Assembly: GCA_964036045.1 (NCBI GenBank)
Contig: OZ038378.1
Coordinates: forward strand, 183,210,001-183,274,000
Direction: 5' to 3'
Length of the DNA: 64,000 bases
DNA from: Eutreptiella sp. 'Long Island Sound 2002'
Lineage: Eukaryota > Protista > Euglenida
Shown: piece after piece, positions 34,401 through 46,400 of the stretch
Layout: each line of letters starts with the position of its first letter
Position numbering within the stretch: position 1 is the first letter of the stretch
Position numbers and translations under genes: made by a program
Notes under the pieces: generated by a model
Told to the model about the DNA's origin: nothing
The model's input: the letters and a program-made list of their open reading frames with translations, nothing else
The model's database searches: none

Positions 34401-37400
34401 GCCTTCAGAAACGGGGAGGGGGGGCGGGCTGGGCCATAAAACAATAGGCCGGTTGTGGAGGATGTAAGAATAGCTCCCGGGCACTCGGCCAGATCGGCCA
34501 ACTGCTGCTGCCGGGGAGTCGCCACAAACCCGCGGCGTTGAAGCCCTGTGTTGATGAAGATCACCCGGGGCCATGTCACACCCAGGCCCCTTTCACTCCT
34601 GCTGGGTCTCCAGTCGCCCGCATGACGCGCCGCGCGCGCGCCGCGTCCAGTGCTCATGTCGGCGATCTCAGGCGGTTGGTGCGGGGCCTCCTGACCGAGG
34701 CCTGGGTCATGCCCCTGCCACTCCGAATGCGTGTCGCGTGGTTTCAGGGGGGGGGGGGGGGGTTAAGGCTTGCCTCGGCAGCGGCCAAACCCCTGGATCC
34801 CACCCAGACCGAACGCGCTCGATGTCCCGCGTCCGCGAGAGGGCCCTCGTTCCAGGGGCACAAGGGCCCGGGAAGCTGGTCCTGCACTGTGCCGTGGGGC
34901 GGTTGGGGTGCTGCAGGCGAAGTGCGATGGACGGAACCTCCGGAACACCGGCGCAAACCCGTCACCAACGGCGTCTGGGCAGGTGGTGGTTCGTGCCTGG
35001 CACGCCCCAGAGGGTGCCAGGGCTGCTTTTAGGGGGTGGCGGTGGCGCCGAGTTTTAGGAGCCAAAGAAAATTGTTGATGAGCTGAAGGTCCCGACGAAA
35101 ATTTGGTCCCTCTTTTAAAGGGAGGGGGGATGCCCCCCCCACCCCCCAAGTAGTGCCGAGTTGTGAAAAGGAGCCCTGGTGCCATCCCTCGAGGGAGCAG
35201 AGACCCCACTCCCCACAACAAAGCTGCAATGCAGTCGGGGATGCGTGTGTGCGTGCGCACGTACGCGCGCGTGCGGCCGTCCGCTGAGTCCAACGCTGTT
35301 GACTGGGGGGAGGGAGAAGCCCCCAATGCCTTTGCCAACGGGTCCGGTGCGGTGGAGCCGACACCTGCGTCGCCGTACGCGGAGATGAGTTTGATGAGGT
35401 CCTGCTCCGTCACGCCCCCCGGCACGCGCTGCGGCGCGCGCGCGGCGGGCGCACGGCTCACCGTCCGCCGGAGCACCACGTGCAGCGCGTTCGCGTCGCG
35501 GTCGTTCTTGACCCGGACCTGCACGGCCGCCAGCGCCGGGCCCGGCACCTCCAGGAGGGCCTTGACGGTGGCGTAGCAGTGCGCCGGGTCCGCCTGCGTC
35601 ACCAGCGCCTGGTGCAGCGGGCTGTCGCCGCTCTTGTTCAGCACGCACAGCGTGGCCTCCACCTGCTCCGGGAGGTACGCGCTGCAGAGGCGCGCCACCA
35701 GCGGCCGCATGGCGCACACGCCGTCCGTCCGCGCCGCCGCCGCGTGGAGGGGCGTGTCGTTGGTGCCGTCCCGCTTCATGGGGCTGGCGCCGCACCGCAG
35801 CAGCGCCTCCACCACCGCCACGCGGCCGTGGCGGGCCGCGAGGTGCAGCGCCGTCTGCAGGTACGGCTTGCGCGCGTGCACGGGGACGCCGATGAAGACG
35901 AGGACGTGGACCATGGCCGCAGGGCACCAGGCGGAGGTGGCCACCAGGTGCAGCAGCGTGACGTCCTGCATCTGGAACCAGAGCATCAGCCCCACGAACC
36001 AGCCGATGACCCCCGACATGTAGTAGATCCCCAGGTGCGTCCAGCGCGCCATGTTGCACAGCAGCTCGTCGTGGGAGAAGCCCCCCATCGGCAGCTGCCC
36101 CTTGGAGCTGAGGAGGATGGAGTGCTCGATGACCTTCCAGACGAGCATCGCGAGGGCCCCCACGTACATGCTGGCGAGCGGCAGCACCGCGCCGACGACG
36201 CGCCACGGGACGAAGATGAAGGCGCGGCGCAGCAACGCCACGAGCTCGTTCGCCAGACCATTGGCGCATCCCCACACCAATCCGAACCCCATGTAGCTGG
36301 ACCCTGCGGGGTGAGTGAGGGAGTGAGGGAGGGAGGGAGGGAGGGAGGGAGGGAGGGAGGGAGGGAGTGAGTCAGTGAGGGAGGGAGGGATTTGAATTTG
36401 GAGTTGGATTTGGAGCACACAGAGTGCTCCTCAAGGGGCCATGACAGGCACCCGCGCTCACTGCCACCGAACTCAACAACTCACCAAACCCGGATTTTGG
36501 AGTCTGGGAAATGGGGAAAATGGCCAAAATGGAGAAAAGTGGAGAAAAATGGGGGGGACTGGGGGGGGGGGATAGTGGGCATAGCACACGGGATGTGGGT
36601 TATGGAGGGTTGTGGCGGGACCTGGTTGAGGAAAATGGGACGAAAATGGGAGAAAATATTCGAAAAAATTTTCAGTCCCGTTTTTCTCATTTTTTCTGGA
36701 GGTTGAAGATCTTCCCACAATTCCCTTTGTAAAAATCGGCACACCGTGCTCACCGACAGAAAAAATGGGAATTTTGGTCACTCAACCGATACTTACTGTC
36801 ACGGCGGCTAGTGCGGATACTTGCCATGAGTGCTGATGCATTCCCCTAGCCTGCCAAGCTGCTGGGAGAGGGCAGGGCCTCCACTGCCTCCTGACCTATG
36901 CGGCTGTAATTGCCTCTCCGCTTCTCCGGCTGGCCCCCGGGGGGTCGGCCAGGGCACCCCCACTAACACCAGGTGCCCACTCCCATCTTCAGTGATGGAT
37001 GGCGGAGTTCCTGGGTCCAGCCCCCATGCGCTGCTCCACTCCACACCCAGTCCCTGTCACGGACTTGGGGGTAGTCAATCCCTTGTTGCCCACGGTCCGT
37101 GTGTGCCTGTGGGTGGGTGTTTGGGGGGTACCAGCGTGACCGGGTCCACAGCTGCGCCATGCCTCAAATATCCCTCTGGAGCGGCTGTTCCCCTTGGGCC
37201 AGGTGGCTGGTCAGTTTGGCATGCAGATGCCAAGGCACTCACTGAAAGTGGTTTCCCGCACCCCATTTGGGTCCAGCGCACCGGGCTGCCCCCCTTCCTT
37301 CTCCTCGGGTCCAGGGCTGGGCCCATGCCTGCGGTGCGCTCTGCGGTGTGAGGTCGCTGAGGAGAACAGTGGATGTGTGGTTGGCCTTGAGAGGGAGGGA

Positions 37401-40400
37401 GGGAAATACGGAAGGAGTTGCAGTGGACCAGGGGTGTCCTTAACGGAAAAAAAAAGAAAAAAAAAGTGTTCCGGTACCAGTTTTCCCAAAAAAGCCCGCG
37501 GGCACTCCATGTGCTCAACCATGGTTGGTGGCAGTTGGCAGTTGGCGGTTGGCGGCGGTTGGCGGTTGGCAGTTGGCAACTGGCGGTTGGTGGTGGTTGG
37601 TGGTGGTTGGCGGCGGTTGGTGGCTGGCGGTTGGTGGTTGGAGGCGGTTGGCAGTGGTTGGCAGTTGGCAGTTGGTCGCCACTGGCGGTTGGCGGCGGTT
37701 GGTGGCTGGCGGTTGGTGGTTGGCGGTTGGTGGCGGTTGGCAGTTGATGGGAGTTGGCGGTTGGCGGTTGTCCCTTGGGGCGGTCCTTAAGGGCTGTCCT
37801 TAGCAAAAAAAAAAAAACTCGTCCCTTAAGGACCCCCCTGCAGTGGACCAAAGCACAGCAGAAGGTGTGCAAACTGCCTGCCTGCCTGCCTGGGACTGTC
37901 AGAGGGAGGTAGGGCCATGAGAGTGAGATGAAAGGCCATGGAAAGTCCACTGACATGGAGGTATGGAGGTACCAAGGGGAGTGTCATAGGAGTTGTGCGC
38001 TATGCCACACCTGTCAAGAGGAGATGAGGCAGCGAGAGCGAAACGAAAGGCTATGGAAGGTCCTTTGACATGGAGGTATGGAGGTCCCAAAGGGAGTGTC
38101 ATGGGAGTTGGCAGGTCACTGCACGAGGAAACAACAGGACAGCGGCAAATGAGAGCCGAGTAACAGGCAGTGTATGAAACAAAATACAACACACAACCAC
38201 ATAAATGGTTCCGGTCTTGGCATAGCGCGATGCCTATGACACTCCCCCTTGGTACCTCCATACCTCCATGTCCAAGAACCTTCCATGGCCTTTCGTCTCG
38301 CTCTCGTTCCCTAACCTCCCCTGGACACTTGTGGCATAGCACGCACAAACACATGCAAAGCATGTGTCACGCGGGCATGCAGTACATTGTTGCTCTTGAA
38401 TATCCTGCTGATCCAAGTGGCGACCTTGGACAATCCTTCTTGGATGCCTTTGACCATCTCTTGACCATTTTGTTCATTCCTGGGGTGGTGCCCAGGCCTG
38501 AGCGTTGCTAGTTCCTTCTTGATAGGGCACTGGGCTTGGGTTTTGCCTTTGCTCCTTTATGCTAGTTGCTCAGCTCCACCAGCGTGCATCTCAGTCATAT
38601 CCTTGTATCATGGTGGTGTGTTGTTGTTGCAGCCGGCTGTTCTCCATGTCAGACTCCGCACCTGTCATCTTGCCCTCTCTGTTTCTTGCTCCCGCATCGG
38701 CAATAATCAACCAAAGAGGTACAAATATGGACTTCGTATATCAGCAGGTATACATACCACACCACACAGGGAACAGCGGGGAACCTACGATGCCCCCCAG
38801 CTCATTCCCAGCCACCATTGTGGCCGAGCACGCATGCAGCCCGAGCAACAAGCAGGTAACAAGCAAGTTGCGAGTCACTAGAGTACTGTGTACACACAAA
38901 ACCCCGACAGGTTCAGCTCCCAGTACCAGCTGGGGTGCTTGGACTTTCGCTCAAGGGGAGGGGGGGGTCATTGTAGCCCCCTGGCTGGACACCCCAAGCC
39001 AACCTAGGAACGTCCCAAGTTTCAATGGAGGGAGGAGGCAGGGGGGGGGGGGGAAGCTGCTCCAGGGGGCAGAATGGGGACTGGAGGGGCACTTACTTAG
39101 TGAGACTACACCGAGGCAAAACTTAACGCTAACCCTAACCCTCACTCACGGACTGGTGAACAACGGCAATTGCATACCTACTGCTTGATGCCCAGGGGCA
39201 AGGTGGGGGGGGGGGCGGTTGAAAGGAAAGCGGGACACTTACTTGGGGTTAGGGTAACTAGATCAAACTCTAACGAGAATTGAATATTGGGACCGAGCTG
39301 GTGGGGGAGGAACATCGTCTAGGAGACTTCAACGACAAATGAGCCATGCACTGAAAAGCGGATGAGAGCGGCTCAAAAGGGGCTCAAAATGAGTTGTATT
39401 CATTGGTTTGGGCATGACAGCTGGATTAGGATCATTCTTGAAAAACCATGGTTTTGACCTGTTTTTGAGCCATTTGTGGTCCCCGATTGGCCCATGTTTC
39501 AGGCCCTTTCGGCCTTGAGAGGGGCCAAAATTGCTCAACATGGGCTCAAAATGGGCTCACTCCACTTGTTTGTGCACCCCAAATCGTCCAAAAATATCTT
39601 TGGAAAAACACATTTTTGATCCATTTTTGACCCATTTTTGGTCCCAAAACAGCCCATTTTCAAGGCATTTTGTGACTTTGGAGTGGCCAAAATGGGTTGC
39701 AATGGGCTCAAAAAGGGCCCATTCCACTTTTTTGTGCACCCCAAATGGTCTAGGATCATTTTTGGAAAAACACATTTTTTTTTGATCCATTTTTGACTGA
39801 TTTTTTGTCCCAAAACAACCCATTTTCAAGGCATTTTGTGACTTTGGAGGGGCAAAAATGGCTTGCAATGGGCTCAAAATGGGCTCATTCCACTTGTTTG
39901 TGCAACCCAAATGGTCTAGGATAATTTTTGGAAAAACACATTTTTGACCCATTTTTTGTCCCAAAACAGCCCATTTTCAAGGCATTTTGGGGATTTTAGG
40001 GGGGCCAAAACGGGCCACCACGAGCTCAAAACGCGCCAAAAACACTTGTTTTGGGACTCCATGTGGTCCAGGAATCGTTTTTTGAAAAAGTCATTTTTTT
40101 GCACCCGGTGGACGTTGTTGACCCATTTTGGCACCCACCTCTTTGGGCCACCTCTTGCAGCTTGCTGCGGCCCATTGGGCCTAGGTACGGGGGCCTAGGT
40201 ACGGGTGTCTAGGCGTCGGTTAGGGCAATTTTGAGGGGTGGAAACCACCAAAAGTGGGTGGTTGCGGGTGGATTAGGTGCGCTTGAAAACGTGTTTTGAG
40301 CAACATAGCCCAAGATATGGAATATTTTTGGTTTGCGGTTGTGGGCGGCCAATGTGCACAAATTCTGGGGCTTTTGGGGGCCTTTTGGGGGTAGTTCACG

Positions 40401-43400
40401 GACATATTGTGGAGTTAGAGGGCCCTAGAGGGCCCTTCGGCACGGGGATATCTAGCTGCGTGTGTAGAGTAGCCACTATTTCCCTTCATTTGGCCGTTTT
40501 CATCAGGCTCTAGGGCGGTTTTGGGCAAAAAAAGGCGGATTTTGGCCCTAAATTGCAGATTTTGAAATGGAGGTCCGCCACTTGCAACGCCCGTTCCCGG
40601 CCGCCACCGTTGAGTTTCTGGCTCATACTTTGTGTGGTTGTCCCTCACACCCATAGATAGCATCCACAAAAATTTTTGGCCGAATCCGAAGCACCACGAC
40701 GGAGCTGTGGTTCCCCCCCATTTTGCGTGTGCTTGCTGCTTGTTGCTTGCTGCTTGCTAAACCTAGTGGGTCCACCCTAGACACTAAAGAGGGTCATAAA
40801 ACCAAGACCGGTTCCACCAGCTCGATGACCCTAACCCTGACCCTAAGGCTACTTAGGTAATAAAGATAACTGCATACCTGCTGCTCAATGCATATACCCT
40901 GATGAGAACCATACCTCGCATCATTCTAGCAACACGTGGTGGACGTGCATGCATCACCTTTTTCTACGTAGACCATTGCTGACAAAATATTCTCTCTGAC
41001 ACCCTCGGAGCCAATGAAAATAAGGGCCGCGGTCATGGGCAAGGTCATGGGAGCCTTTTTCCAAGCCCCCCCTGCCCCCAGTTTTGGGGGGCTCCCGTGA
41101 GCCCCCCCCCCCCCCGGCCCCTAAAGTGAAAGTCCGACTTCCCCTGCTAGGAGAGCAGGAGAGGAATAGGGTGCCAAAAGGAGAGAACGAACCAGAAAAC
41201 CTGCAAGAGTGCAAAACAGCACATGAAAACAACACCACAGTCAGCACAGTTGGATCAGGATCTACATCTGGTGCAGGGTTCGCGGCCCAGGGGGCAAGCC
41301 CCTCCCCTGCAAGAGTGCAAGCAACAGCGTGAGGGGAGGGGGGGGTTGGCCCTCCCCTGAGCAAGACACATCGCATGCAGGCACACCAACGTACTCTGCG
41401 GCAGATGGTAAATCCTCTGCGAACAGGCGAACACCAAATCCAGATCCAAATTCGGAAACGGAGGAAGGAAGGGAAAGGAAGGGAGTGAACGAGTGAGTGA
41501 GTGAGTAAGTGAGTGGGTGGGGACAGACGGAGGGAGTGAGGAGCAGTAAGGCACCTATGACAAGGTACGCCATAGTCGTGCGGAAGATGCCGTCACCAGC
41601 CTCGCGCAGAATCTGGTGGTACGTCACGGCGAGACGAGGGGTCAACGCGTCGTCGATCATCAACACGACGGAGGCCACGACGAAAACCACGAACACAGAG
41701 TAGAGCGTACCGACCGCCTTCGCAAACTCCGAGGCATAGGTCTGCACGACCCCTCTGTGCACGTGCCGCATCGCGAATCTCCCGACCTGCCGTGCCGCAC
41801 TAGTGATGCGCTGCGCACGGGTCTGGCCGAGTGGCATCTCACCGCTGAGACTCGTGCCCAAAAGGTCGGCGTTGGGGTCGAGAAGGTAGGCCTGGGTCTT
41901 GTCCACGGCAGCCACGCTACAGCGCGGCAACCACCACCAGCGGAACAGCATGCCTGCGGACCAGCTGTCGTCCGGGTGGAGGTCGTGCATCGCCCGGACA
42001 AGGCGCACTGCGGTCGCCCCGACCATGGCCAGCACCATGCCCTGCCACACCCCGTGGGGCACCAGCACGGCCACCCACTCTCCGCAGTCCAACCCGAAGC
42101 GGACGCGGGTGGCGGCGAGGGGGAAGTACAGGGCCACCGAGAACACGATGGTGATCAGCACAGCGCAGAGCTGAGAGGCAAAGAGAGGGAGGGAGGGAGG
42201 GATTCGGATGGGAGGCAGGACCCGTTTTGACTGCAGCATTGGAGACCGGTGCATTCATCATCCTTGAGGCAAAGGATCGAAGAGTTGGCAGGCCAACAAC
42301 CGCGGTTTGCGGTTCAGCCGGCGGTAACCAGGCCATTGCTTACGGACCCAGAGGGGGGGAGGGGTTGGCCCCCAGTCAGCCCCAGCTGACCCACCCACCC
42401 ACCCACCCACCCACCCGGACGTACCCCTGGGGGGGCGCAGGGGGGCGGTCTGCTCCAGTCAGCCCAGCCCAAAACCCAAGGCACACCCATGAAACCCAAA
42501 ACCCATGTTGGCTGCAGTTCGGAGGAAGGACGCCACGCCATTTGGGACCAACAGTGGCCCCCTGTACCTCGATATGAGTGGGAGTCAAAAATTCCTCATT
42601 CGGAATGCTGCCTGCTCGAGAAAGAAGATGAACACGAAGCCTCACTGCCCAAGCCCAACAGATGACGTCCTCTGCATGAACTAAAGCCAACAACTGAACT
42701 TCTGTGGTCATCATTCCCAATCCGGCACCACCCAAGACCCCCAAAAGCGGACACGGGGGGTCCACAGGGGAAAATGGCCAAAAACGCGTCGACCTACCCC
42801 CCCTGACTAAGCAATGGCCTGCTTGGGGCAAGGGCATAACCACCTGACACTAGGGGCGCAGGCCTGTCCTCCAAACGTCTCTGTTGGGGGCGAGTCAGGG
42901 GTCAGGGGGTCGGGTAATTGTACTGACGCGCAAGTGTACTGCAGATGTTGTGAAGGTGGGCGCGTCAGTGTCACGAACACGGCACTGGCATTGCCACCCT
43001 ACATTATCACTGAGGGCGCCGCCCCCATCACACGAATCAGGCATTGTCTCCTCAGTGGCGCTGCATGGATCGGTGGTGGCATATGCATGACCTTTACACG
43101 ACCCCTAGACACGGTTGCCATCGTTGGGGCACACTGAAAATGAGTGGGAATTGTAGCTGCGTACTCCCATATTGTCTGGGGCTTATCAGTGTGAATTGTG
43201 GCTGCATATACCCATGTGTGTGCGGCAGTGATCACACCACAGGGGGCGGGGGGGGCGATAGTGTGTAGGCCCGGATGTCCCCACCCCCAAAACATGCACC
43301 AACGGAGGGAAGCAGCACACAATGCACGCTTTCTCTGAGCGGGGCCCCAGGAGGGCAGAGGTTATGTAGCCGCCGTAATTTCTCATTTCGGCCGTGGCCC

Positions 43401-46400
43401 CAAGGGGAGATGTAGCGACGTTTCCAGGCCCACTTTCAGTGTGGCCCTCAATCTGCAGGGGGCATGTAGCCGTATCCAGACTCAATTGTAGTGTGGCCCC
43501 GATACAGCACAGGTTATGCGGCCACAATCCACATTGGCATTCGGTGTGGCCCCAAGGCACTTCTTCCCTTGCTGTACCACCGCCTTACTGCGCATGATGT
43601 CCACCATCCGCCTGTTGGTAGCTCCTCGATGGACTGACCTGCATCAAGCCCGCCGGGTGCCCAGGAAGCTCCCCTTTTGATCATCCAGCGGGCGGGATGG
43701 CCGCCGGCCCCCACCCCGAAACCTCACCGACAGTATGGCCCTTTCCTGAAGCCCAGGCCTCGGGGCAGGAGAGGGCGGACCGGATGAAAGGCGGTGTTTG
43801 CGACGATGCCCGGGAAGGCGCCAAGGAAGACTGCTCCGGCCAGACTCGAGGACACGTCCCCGAACGAGACCTGCCCCGTCATCACAGAACTGACGGTGAT
43901 GGACGTGTAGATGGCGAGCACGGTCCCGCAGATGCCCGCGACGGCGCCCACGCACACCGTCCGCACGAACCCGTAGCGGGGCATCCGGAGGGGCACGCCG
44001 CGGGCCTCAATCAGGTACATAACGAGGACGGGGAAGGTGACCCAAGGGCTGACAATGATGAGAATGCCCCCTGCAAAGAGGGCGACGCATCCCACGACGG
44101 TGGCACGCCGCAGCCCCTGCCGTCCCTTGTCAGGGGCACTGGCACGCACAGCGCTATCGGCACGGAAGGTAAACCAGTGTGTCGATTCGCAACGCACAAC
44201 ACCAAAGTGAAGTTTCATCGCAACATTCTTCTGTCATGTCTCCTTATCTCAAACGGCCCACGAGTTCCACTCACGCCGTTTCCCACCAAAAACGCGAGCA
44301 AGGCGAACGTGAGCAAGACTAGTGACACTGCTGACGAGTGTGCACAATCTTTCCGTGGCGGGCGAGGGGCACGGACAAGGAAAGGGACACACCCTCGATC
44401 GGAGCCGGAGGCCTGGGGGTGAGGCTGTTATGGAACTGCCGGAACGCCACCCACACCGCGACCTGGAGGGTGAACCCCAACACCCACGCGACGGCCGCGC
44501 TGCGGTGGTACCCGGCGCACAGGAGGACGAACGCCACGAGGCAGAGGCCCGCCACCGCCAGGGACTGCGCGGCCATGACGGTCAGAAGGGCCTGGTCGAA
44601 GGTCTCGGGCTGGCCGCCGTTCAGGTAACAGTACGACACGGCCCCCGAGATGTTGAAGGAGGAGAACTCGTGGGGCGTCAGCAGCGACAGCGTTGGCAGC
44701 CCCGTGGGGAGCATGCGGAAGCGGGGGCTGATCCACAGGGGCCAGGGGTCGGCGGGGTCCGGGACGGGACACACGTACGTGTAGCTGCTGGTGCGATTGC
44801 GGAGCTTCATCGCGTCGGGGCTGTCGGGCCCCGCCTCCACGTGGAGAGTGCTGGTGGTGAGGTCGGTCGGGGGGGCGGTGAGGGAGTCCCGGTACTTGAG
44901 GGCGCAGTGCTGGTTGTAGAGTTTGCTGTGCGTGAGGCTGAAGCAGCGCACCGCTTCGCACGCGGCCTTGCACTCCTGCGGTGTGCGACGCGCGGAGGCA
45001 GGGCCTTGAGACGAGCACCAGGCGGATCCCTGGTCAATGCCCCGCGCCCGCCCCATAATGTTATCCTCCGATGTCTTCTGGTGTCGTGACAGCTGTCGTT
45101 CAGTGGCTGGGGCCCGTCTAGTGCTTGTGCTTCAATGCCGGTCGGTCCCCCCTGCCCCCTGGCACACGCACGGCCCAACACAGGGGAAGCAACGGTCAGA
45201 CGGGGATCCCGTGCCTCGACAACGCCGCGCTTGCCCGACCCACCGGCGTACCGGTTCTCACGGGGCCTGGCCCCATTGCGGGAACAGTCACATCCAAACA
45301 AGACAGAAGTGGGTTGCTGTCGCAAGACACACGCTGTTAGGAGCAGCAGCGACTCTTCACAGGAATGACCCGGCCCCTTTTGCCCACGACGACCAGATCG
45401 CAAACTGAACACTACCCGCTACGTCAGCCAACCGCCAACCGCGGGTGTCCGCGCCTGGGCTGTCCTTTCAGTGAAGGCCCTCAGGACAGCCCAGAAAGGT
45501 CCCGTAGCTCAGCTGTCGTGCATTGGACACCTGGCGGAGAGGTACCCGGGTCGAATCCCAGGGGCACGGGGTGAACAACACTCGGACCGTCCTGGCACGG
45601 CACGAGTCCAACAGCTGGGCATCCACCGTTTACAACCCACGGCCCCCGTACTAACATTGGTGGTTCGCTGAACCTGTAGACCGCCAAGCAGCAGGAACCT
45701 CCCGTTTGCGCAAGCACAGCCTTGACGAAGCACGACGGCGCCTTGTTACACTTGTTCGTCTGACCGCACTTTTTGGGGTCGAGAATGCAAGAGGACGTGT
45801 TTGTCAACTACCGGCCAATACATTGGATGCTCCTTGGCAGAAGTGGATATAAAGGGGTGGGGTCCTCCCCCTCCGATTACAAATTACCAATCACGAAATT
45901 CGGCGGACCTAAAATGTGCTCCCAAGACTCCAGGGACGGGGTCCCTAATACCGGAACGTAGACCCCTCATCATGATCCCCATTACTGATCATTTCGAGGT
46001 ACGTACATGGGAAACCTTTTTTCAAAATTTTACCTCGGGGCCGCTTTGCGGCCCACTTTATGAGCCATCACCAGTCCTCACCATGAGCCATCACCAGACT
46101 GTCCTTTTCCGAGGACTCATGTGGGAAAATCGTAAGTCGTAATTCGTAATCACGGCCCCCAGAAGAGCCCCCCCACCCCAACATAACGATTGCGTCACTC
46201 GTACGTCCACCACTGACGCCCAGGACCTCACCTCACCTCACCCTCAGGACGGCGCGAGTCCAAAGCAAAGGACCTGCAGCGTCACATCGAAGCGGGACCA
46301 GATATCATAGGGCCCCGGGCGATAGTGATGGAACCCCGTCCTGTACACGGCACTGCCCCACCCCACGTGCACGGCCGACGGCTGCCAGCAGTCAGTGTGG

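Noticed and set aside
35115-36370. 386-aa and 296-aa ORFs overlapping exon 5
   Set aside because: Alternative-frame or antisense shadows of the ankyrin exon.
45498-45570. Functional tRNA gene
   Set aside because: Acceptor and anticodon stems do not form and the B box is mutated; kept only as a SINE-like head.
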